Positions 58,101 through 64,000 of a DNA stretch of 64,000 bases are shown here, piece by piece. Every line of letters starts with the position of its first letter. Position 1 is the first letter of the stretch. The position numbers and the translations under genes were made by a program. Origin of the DNA: a virus; IMG/VR virus record IMGVR_UViG_2811995041_000003, positions 1,923-65,922 of that record, one strand, 5' to 3'. Below the pieces are notes generated by a model, which saw nothing but the letters and a program-made list of their open reading frames with translations, was not told the DNA's origin and searched no databases.

Positions 58101-60401
58101 TCTCAGATAGCTGTTCAGATGGCACCTATCATTCAGCAACTGAGTGCGACTTTTGCGGCAGCAATGCCTCAACTAGTGTCCACAGTCGGTCAATTAGTTC
58201 AAGTATGGGCTAATTTTCTGGTACAGTTCATGCAAATCGTAACTCAAGTAGCTTCTGTGCTTTTGCCAATGTTATCTCAAGCATTCTCGGCAATAGTTCC
58301 GGTGATTTTTCAGGTGGTAAGCTCTGTATTTCCTTTGATAGTACAGGTGATTCAATCTCTTATACCTGTTATTACAACGATAGTCACTACGTTACTTCCT
58401 ATGCTTTTACAAACATTCCAAGCAATTTTCCCGCCGATTCTTGCTGTTGTTCAGGCGGTTGCTCCAATAATTACTATGATTTTGACTACTGTTGCTCAGG
58501 TATTGAGTCAACTCGCTGTTACGTTGCTGCCGTTGCTTTTACAAATTGTTCAGACTGTCTTTCCGGTACTTGTAACAATTATCCAAGCGGCCGTAAGTGC
58601 ACTAGTTCCAGTTTTACAAGCTGTAGCGACAATTATTCGTACAGTTCTCATTCCGGCAATTCAATTCATTCTCCAAATCGTGCAGGCTGTTTTCCCGGTA
58701 ATCGTTGGTGTCATTCAAGGCGCTTTGAATATCGTTATAAATGTAGTTCGATTGTTCACTTCGTTGCTAAAAGGTGACTGGAGCGGAGTCTGGCAAGCCA
58801 TAATCGGCATTCTAAAAGGCTGCTGGTCCATAATTACGGCTGTCCTTCGAGGAGCAGGAAATTTGGTTCTTTCAATATTTTCCTGGTTGATTAATGGAGC
58901 GATCGGCGCTTGGGATGGAATGAAAGGGAACACGGTAAAAATCTTTACGAATATCAAGGATTTTGTCGTGAAAACATTCAACAATCTGATCGAAGGGGCT
59001 AAGAATCTTCCGGGTCAGATTGGAGATGGAATCAAGAGCATGGCTGGGAAAGCTATGGATGGTGTAAAAGCGCTTGGGAACAAAATGATCGATGGACTGG
59101 AGTGGATTATCAACGGACTAACCCAAAACGGTATTAATAAATTACTTGATACTTTTGGTGTTGATAAGAAACTTCGTATTCCGAAGTTAGAAATTCCTAG
59201 ATTCGCTAAAGGTACTCCGCCGGGAGGGCACAAAGGCGGACTCGCTATTTTGGGAGACGGCGGAGGTCCGGAATTATTCCGTACACCTTCTGGTTTCGTT
59301 GGTCTAAGTCCGGGTACAGACACACTATTCAACCTACCGAAAGGAACGCAAGTCCTTCCACATAAAGAGACGCGTGATCTACTGTCTTCTGGAATCCCGG
59401 CATTTAAGAAAGGTACCAAAAATAAAAGCTTTTTCGATTCTGTTGTCGACGTAGGAAAAGGCGCTCTTGATGCAGGGAAAGCGGCTGTAACTAAGGTTAA
59501 GGACCTCGCTTTTGATGCGTGGGATTATGTAAGCAACCCGTCTAAACTCATCGCCAAAACGCTAGAAAGTCTCGGCCTTAAATTGCCGGATATAGCGGGC
59601 GCCTTTGGGACTATTGCAAAAGGTGCCTTCGGAAAAGTTAAAGATTCTGCAGTCACTTTTATGAAAAATCAGCTTGCCAAAATTGGCGGAGCTTTTGGAA
59701 GTGGCGAAAAAGCTTCAGGAAATGTTAAACAATGGATCCGTGCAGCAATGGCTAAAACGAATTCTCCGGCTTCCTGGTTCGAACCACTCGTTACAATCGC
59801 GATGAAAGAGAGCGGAGGACGTACAGGACCATCGACAATTAACCGGTGGGACTCGAACTGGAGACGCGGTACACCATCGATGGGACTTATGCAAACGATA
59901 AAACCAACGTTTGATGCGTATAAGCTGCCAGGCATGGGTGACATTATGAATCCGGTTCACAACGCGGTTGCGGCGATTCGCTATATCAAATCTCGCTATG
60001 GAAGTCCGTTTAATACTCCGGGCATCAGATCGATGGCGAAAGGCGGTCCGTACAAAGGGTATAAAATCGGCGATATTGTGACGCAAAAGCAGCTCGCCTG
60101 GATTGCGGAAGAAGGCCCAGAAGCGGTTATTCCGTTACAAAACCACCGCCAGCGTGCGCAGCAACTATGGACGGCTGCCGGCAAAGAGATTGGCATGGAC
60201 CCGGCGAGTGGAAGTAACGCAGAAGAACTCGCGTTGTTGCGTGGACAGAACGCGCTACTAAGACAGACGAACACATTGCTAACGGGAATTCTACGCAAAG
60301 ATCCGAGTGTAGTTGTCGATACGGCAGCACTAACGGATAGTGTAGAAAAAGGTCAGGCACAAAACATCGGATTTAATAAACTGCTGTGGGGTGATCGATA
60401 A
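55101..60401 (+). CDS. Tape measure protein with C-terminal lytic transglycosylase (SLT), full length
   Basis: TP901-type TMP core 'GLKGSDAGT', amphipathic repeats, 'KESGG...GLMQ...NAVAAIRYIKSRYG'. Confidence 0.93.
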   Translation: MATESVGSIRVSLGLDNIDFSRGLQDVNRKLKVLNSEFKAAMAGAGRFDNSLDSLRNKTDILNRTLQTQKAKLNELKRQYEESVRTTGRYSAQSEKLLAQYNRTVAAVRKTEDQLDLLNRKMREQSTGFGQLGAKISASIKTIETKLRVLDSAFEASSAGIKDFGSTTEQLRQKSEHLTQSISLQEQRLKNIRRLYLEAKRAKGEDAQATQELRVQMNQATAQLRTTQAELAATNRQIQSNTGRWNELGNRMGEVGNRMRDVGGRMQSAGSEIAMSFGVATAALGGGLAASTKKAMDFEQQMSNVKAVMDPAEANQYSSALTELAIKLGADTKYSALEAAQGMEELVKAGVSTEDILNGALKGALSLATAGEVGLADAAEIASTALNAFKDDNISVAQAADILAGAANSSSTTVGEMRYGLQMTSTVAAGMGLSFKDTATTLALFAQNGLKGSDAGTSMKTMLSRLVPMTKAQYETMHDLGLVTLDTSEAFKRMTDKGFKPASKNIGDIYDALNKYVEKTTGAKQGTEKFEKAFDKATRSLGIMDNKFFDANGNIRSMTEISGELSKALDGLSAKDKQEALYNIFGSDAIRGASILGKVGSKGFDKMAAAMDKIKADNVAAEKMNNLKGRIEELSGAVETAQISFGNALTPAISALVSMLQRATDWFNGLSKGMQSFVAISLAVTTSILGVVAALGFLMLGVGQMISGLGTLGGLLKDLFKSQKFISALSVAFGALTSPIGLTVLGITAIGTAFVIAYKKSETFRNFVNGTFESVRNTTVAAFNAITSTVGKTFDYIQTKSIAGWSKFTDGVSTIVPAVKQKFTNVVDSVDNFVVNIGSTIAERFGSGLSEKAGDAVDLFIQNLKTAFSSVGGVVSIITPSITAIGLAMAGVSGPVSFFITSLVSVAGFLYRLYQTNEEFRASVQNVWSQVTSVIGSAVTALQPVISAFVGYFAGIAEELAPEFAKTGEVIMTSLASLRPTFIELGQAFQELWQALSESFSQIAVQMAPIIQQLSATFAAAMPQLVSTVGQLVQVWANFLVQFMQIVTQVASVLLPMLSQAFSAIVPVIFQVVSSVFPLIVQVIQSLIPVITTIVTTLLPMLLQTFQAIFPPILAVVQAVAPIITMILTTVAQVLSQLAVTLLPLLLQIVQTVFPVLVTIIQAAVSALVPVLQAVATIIRTVLIPAIQFILQIVQAVFPVIVGVIQGALNIVINVVRLFTSLLKGDWSGVWQAIIGILKGCWSIITAVLRGAGNLVLSIFSWLINGAIGAWDGMKGNTVKIFTNIKDFVVKTFNNLIEGAKNLPGQIGDGIKSMAGKAMDGVKALGNKMIDGLEWIINGLTQNGINKLLDTFGVDKKLRIPKLEIPRFAKGTPPGGHKGGLAILGDGGGPELFRTPSGFVGLSPGTDTLFNLPKGTQVLPHKETRDLLSSGIPAFKKGTKNKSFFDSVVDVGKGALDAGKAAVTKVKDLAFDAWDYVSNPSKLIAKTLESLGLKLPDIAGAFGTIAKGAFGKVKDSAVTFMKNQLAKIGGAFGSGEKASGNVKQWIRAAMAKTNSPASWFEPLVTIAMKESGGRTGPSTINRWDSNWRRGTPSMGLMQTIKPTFDAYKLPGMGDIMNPVHNAVAAIRYIKSRYGSPFNTPGIRSMAKGGPYKGYKIGDIVTQKQLAWIAEEGPEAVIPLQNHRQRAQQLWTAAGKEIGMDPASGSNAEELALLRGQNALLRQTNTLLTGILRKDPSVVVDTAALTDSVEKGQAQNIGFNKLLWGDR

Positions 60402-61223
60402 ATGGCGTATCTGACAATTATAAAAAACGGTGAAACCATCGATCACCGTAAATACGGCTTAAAGCTTTTAAGTTTCCGTAAGGAATCGCTAACACACCGA
60501 ACTAACTATGAAGAAATGGACGGCAGGCATGGCGCGATAGATACGGGAACGACTTTCGGTGAGCGAAAACTTAAAGCGACGTTTTTAATGCAAGGCGTGG
60601 ACCATCTTGATTATCAGTTGATGATCGATGAGGTCTATGCTTTATTTGCGTGTGAAGATTCAATCGAATTAATAGATTCGAGACAGCCCGGTAAAGTGTG
60701 GACGGTAAAACCAAGCAGCACATTTGAGCCTGACGATTTAAACTCGAGGAGCGGTAAATTTGAGATTGAATTTACATCTCCGTCACCGTTCGCGAGTTCA
60801 TACGGCTCTACTCTTGATCCGTTCACATTCGGTGAAGAAGTTTGGCAGATAGGTCAAGGATTGATTCCTTCGGATAGTCTGGTATATAGGCATCGAACTA
60901 ACCGATTCAGTATTTTTAATGCTGGAAATGTAGAGATTGATCCTTGTCTTGAAATGCCGTTGAATATCGTTTATAAAGGCGCATCTTCGAATTTTACGAT
61001 CAAAAACAAAACGACCGGGCAGACGGTGTCATATAACGGGTCCTCCAAGTCGACCGATACTATTAAACTCGAAGGGTTGCGTCATCTGAAGAACGGCATT
61101 AGCATTTACGGAAATACCAATCGCAGGTACATTTCGTTAAAGCCGGGGTGGAATGACATCGAACTTACCGGTACGTCTGGAAGTTTCGAAATTTCGTTTG
61201 ATTTTTTATTTTTCTATAAGTAG
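60402..61223 (+). CDS. Distal tail protein (Dit)
   Basis: Follows TMP; 'SPFAS', 'IFNAGNVEIDP', 'LKPGWNDI'. Confidence 0.85.
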   Translation: MAYLTIIKNGETIDHRKYGLKLLSFRKESLTHRTNYEEMDGRHGAIDTGTTFGERKLKATFLMQGVDHLDYQLMIDEVYALFACEDSIELIDSRQPGKVWTVKPSSTFEPDDLNSRSGKFEIEFTSPSPFASSYGSTLDPFTFGEEVWQIGQGLIPSDSLVYRHRTNRFSIFNAGNVEIDPCLEMPLNIVYKGASSNFTIKNKTTGQTVSYNGSSKSTDTIKLEGLRHLKNGISIYGNTNRRYISLKPGWNDIELTGTSGSFEISFDFLFFYK

Positions 61224-61231
61224 GTGTTCGA

Positions 61232-62758
61232 ATGAAAACGATAGCGATTAGAGACGTAATGGGGATTATGGAGCCGTTACTGGGATTTTCGGTTATACGA
61301 ACGGATGGAAGCGACGGTCAGAAATCGCTCAAATTAACCGGCTATAAAACAACGACCAATCAGCACGGTTATAAGCTTGTAAAAAACGAAAATACAATCG
61401 TCTACGACGGCGAAGAGTATATCATCAAAACTCACCGCGAACGAACATACCGGAAAGGTGTCGGAGTTGAGGCTACAGCCATTCATCGCATCTTTGACGA
61501 CTTGAGGAACAACTACATTTACGATGAGAAGACGGGCACACTCCGATTGGATGCGATGCTCTCTTTTGCATTGGATGGAAGCGGCTACACATTCGAAATT
61601 GATACGACGGATTTACCAACGTCAGTCAGAGTTGAAAATTTCGGATGGAATAACTCTCTTGCTCTTTTCCGAGACATTCTCGAAAAGTTCGGTGCAGAGT
61701 TCGACTACAAAGGTAAGAAAATCTATGTCGCTAAAAAATTCGGTATCCAAAGAGACGAACCTTTTCTGCGTTATAGATTCAACGTAAAGGACCCGGAAAA
61801 AGAGATCGACACCAGTAGTTTCGCAACGTATATTCGAGGTTATGGAAAGAAAGATGCTAAAGGAAACTATTTGTTTGCCGAGTACACAAGTCCTTTAGCC
61901 AAAATATACGGCATTAAGCACGCTGACCCGGTTAAAGATGAGCGGTACACAGACAAAGATAGTCTTCTCGACGCAATGAAAAAGCAGCTCAACGATAACA
62001 TCGATATTTCTCTTACATTTACGGCCATTGAACTTGAAAGTATGGGACTCAAGGATATTAAAAAGGGTGATTATGTTTGGTGTGTGATTGAACCGTTTGA
62101 CTTAAATGTTCAATTACGAGCTGTCAGTAGAGAAGATTACTCGGATGAAACCAAGTCACCTACTTTTACTTTTGGGTCTATTACGAAAAAAGCTTCGGAT
62201 ATTATCGCAAGCTTTAATACAACAAAAAAAGCGGTTGAAAAAGTTATCGATACGTCTACAGGAAAAATAAAAGACTCCGCAATTGACTCAACGGGTCTCA
62301 CAACGAAATCCGAGTTTCAGTCGCACGTAGATAACAAGATAATGCACATAACAGCGGAGGAAAGAGCTGCTTGGAACGCGGCTTCGAATTCAATCGGAGA
62401 TTTAACTTTTATCACATGGAGCACGCCGACTCTTAAAAATGGTTGGATTCAGTATACGTCGAATACCGGCAGCTATCCGATTCAGTACGGAAAGGATGCG
62501 ATAGGGACGGTCAATATCAGAGGAGCTGTTTCGTCAGGGGTAATCGGATCTTCAACTCCGGTCTTTACTTTGCCCGCTGGTTATAGACCACCGTTTCCTC
62601 ACCTTTTTATCGGTGTTTCATCTCCGGCAACAGACGGTACTCCTCAGTATTTTCGCGGGATTATAAAGACGAACGGGGATGTTTGCGTTGAGAATGTCTC
62701 AAACAAAGATACACCAAATCAGTTTATCGGTATCTATACGCAATTTAAAGCGATTTAA
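61232..62758 (+). CDS. Tail-associated (Tal / prophage endopeptidase-tail family) protein
   Basis: 'ATYIRGYGK...YTSPLAKIYG...DERYT'; variable C-terminal domain. Confidence 0.8.
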   Translation: MKTIAIRDVMGIMEPLLGFSVIRTDGSDGQKSLKLTGYKTTTNQHGYKLVKNENTIVYDGEEYIIKTHRERTYRKGVGVEATAIHRIFDDLRNNYIYDEKTGTLRLDAMLSFALDGSGYTFEIDTTDLPTSVRVENFGWNNSLALFRDILEKFGAEFDYKGKKIYVAKKFGIQRDEPFLRYRFNVKDPEKEIDTSSFATYIRGYGKKDAKGNYLFAEYTSPLAKIYGIKHADPVKDERYTDKDSLLDAMKKQLNDNIDISLTFTAIELESMGLKDIKKGDYVWCVIEPFDLNVQLRAVSREDYSDETKSPTFTFGSITKKASDIIASFNTTKKAVEKVIDTSTGKIKDSAIDSTGLTTKSEFQSHVDNKIMHITAEERAAWNAASNSIGDLTFITWSTPTLKNGWIQYTSNTGSYPIQYGKDAIGTVNIRGAVSSGVIGSSTPVFTLPAGYRPPFPHLFIGVSSPATDGTPQYFRGIIKTNGDVCVENVSNKDTPNQFIGIYTQFKAI

Positions 62759-62779
62759 AAATAGCGGAGGTGATAACGC

Positions 62780-64000
62780 TTGGGAAAGTTTTATTATAAA
62801 AAAGCCACAACAAGCGGATTTGATCGCCAATATATAAAAGACCAAAACCAAAACCTAGATGACATAGGTAGGGATATTCGTGAAATTGACACAAAAATAA
62901 TTGACCATAAAAAAGCAAAAAACGCCCATACATCGGATCAAATCAGCCACGGAGTTTTTTCTTTGCGAACTTATATAGACGGTCTGTACAACCGATTGCG
63001 CAACTTAATTTTAAACGCTGACGGAACCAACGTTAAAGAAGTAGTCGATGCGCGGGTCAGTGCTGATGGCGAAGTATTTCCGTTGCTTAAAGAGCGGTTA
63101 GATACGGAATACGTTAAACTTTTACAGAAAATCAAACGGACAGTAAACGTTGATGATTTCGGAGCAGATCCGACAGGCGTTAACGACAGTACAGAAGCGT
63201 TCCAAAAAGCGCTCGGAACCGGTAAAGTCCGATTAGTTCTTTCCGCCGGAACCTACATCGTAAAAGGCGTCAAACTTCCGTCCTGGACATACATGGTCGG
63301 CCAGGGAATCGGAGTTACTACGCTAAAACTTCACGAGGATACGCCGGCCAGCGAATGGGTCGTAACCAACGCGGATCATACGAACGGAAACCGAAATATC
63401 ATGGTCGAAGGAATGTCGCTTGACTGGAACCCGGAGCGCCAAGGCGGACTTGGGCCGACCGGCGGACTACATTCGAGCTGCCTAACCTTAGCGAAGGTTA
63501 AGTTCGGGATTGTGCGCGAAGTAGAAGGCATCAACCCGGCCCTGCACTGTTTCGATGCGTCTGCGCCTACCTACAATATCTCGGACGCTGACTATACGAA
63601 AAACGGTTGCCGGTATATCTGGTTCGATCGATGCGTCGGGTCCGGATATGGCGACGATGGAGTGACTACGCATTATAGCGAATACATTTTCATAACGAAT
63701 TGCGTCATGACGAATCCGAGCGGAAAGGCGCATGCCACGGGGTCCTCAAACTCAAACGGTATCGAAGTCGACGACGGATCTAAAAACGTTTGGGTTATTG
63801 ATTGTTTTACGTCCGGGAATGTTCGCGGTTACGAGGTGAAGGCGCACACTGAATGGCCGGCACCGTCAAACGTTCATATTCGCGGTTGTGAATCCTACCG
63901 TGACGTCCGCGCGTTTGACCTTCGGCATATCGGCCATCACTTAGCAACCGAGCCGTGGAGCGAAACGGCACGAGACGTAACACTAGTCGATTGTACGGCG
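62780..64000 (+). CDS. Tailspike / pre-neck appendage-like beta-helix protein, 3'-truncated by window edge
   Basis: GGAGGTG RBS, TTG 62780; 'EVVDARV', 'VNVDDFGADPTGVNDSTEAFQKAL' (pectate_lyase_3-like). Confidence 0.8.
   Translation, partial: MGKFYYKKATTSGFDRQYIKDQNQNLDDIGRDIREIDTKIIDHKKAKNAHTSDQISHGVFSLRTYIDGLYNRLRNLILNADGTNVKEVVDARVSADGEVFPLLKERLDTEYVKLLQKIKRTVNVDDFGADPTGVNDSTEAFQKALGTGKVRLVLSAGTYIVKGVKLPSWTYMVGQGIGVTTLKLHEDTPASEWVVTNADHTNGNRNIMVEGMSLDWNPERQGGLGPTGGLHSSCLTLAKVKFGIVREVEGINPALHCFDASAPTYNISDADYTKNGCRYIWFDRCVGSGYGDDGVTTHYSEYIFITNCVMTNPSGKAHATGSSNSNGIEVDDGSKNVWVIDCFTSGNVRGYEVKAHTEWPAPSNVHIRGCESYRDVRAFDLRHIGHHLATEPWSETARDVTLVDCTA

Larger units (their letters stand above)
41213..59466. 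repeat. 9,127-bp tandem duplication (41213-50339 = 50340-59466)
   Basis: All ORFs repeat with offset 9127 and identical translations; junction ...GGCGCTC|ATGCCCGC. Confidence 0.95.

Noticed and set aside
57900..58800. Repetitive hydrophobic segment in the tape measure protein
   Set aside because: Ordinary TMP amphipathic repeats.
1..64000. tRNA, rRNA, integrase/att, IS elements, holin/endolysin
   Set aside because: None recognised; prophage versus free-phage status cannot be decided from this window.

Overview
The whole 64 kb is the interior of a temperate Bacillus (subtilis-group-like) siphophage or prophage. No host genes, integrase, att site or lysis genes are visible. Order: replication module (DnaC-like loader, BRO/ANT antirepressor, DnaB-like helicase, primase); an arbitrium cassette (xre <- | -> aimR-aimP, predicted peptide ending ANQLGG) directly upstream of a phage sigma factor; SSB, two PD-(D/E)XK nucleases, family-A DNA polymerase, exonuclease, RuvC; nucleotide metabolism (nrdI/E/F, dUTPase, thyX, dNMP kinase); a multi-TRD C5 methyltransferase; an accessory island (RepL-like gene, reverse-architecture T7SS-type lipase toxin with DUF1433-like partner, XRE-controlled small membrane proteins); two origin-like non-coding regions; then HNH-cos-terminase-portal-ClpP-capsid-tail genes with three predicted programmed frameshifts. 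An apparently exact 9,127-bp tandem duplication (41213-50339 = 50340-59466) may be an assembly artefact. The most striking signal is a 21-codon ORF missing from the ORF track (29785-29850, MGFTVGAKELPKPKYGFPRGA). It has a perfect RBS and terminator and carries two SPbeta-type arbitrium-like hexapeptides that differ from this phage's own signal, so it is a candidate for inter-phage signal mimicry. All family calls are from motif recognition by eye; no database searches were run.
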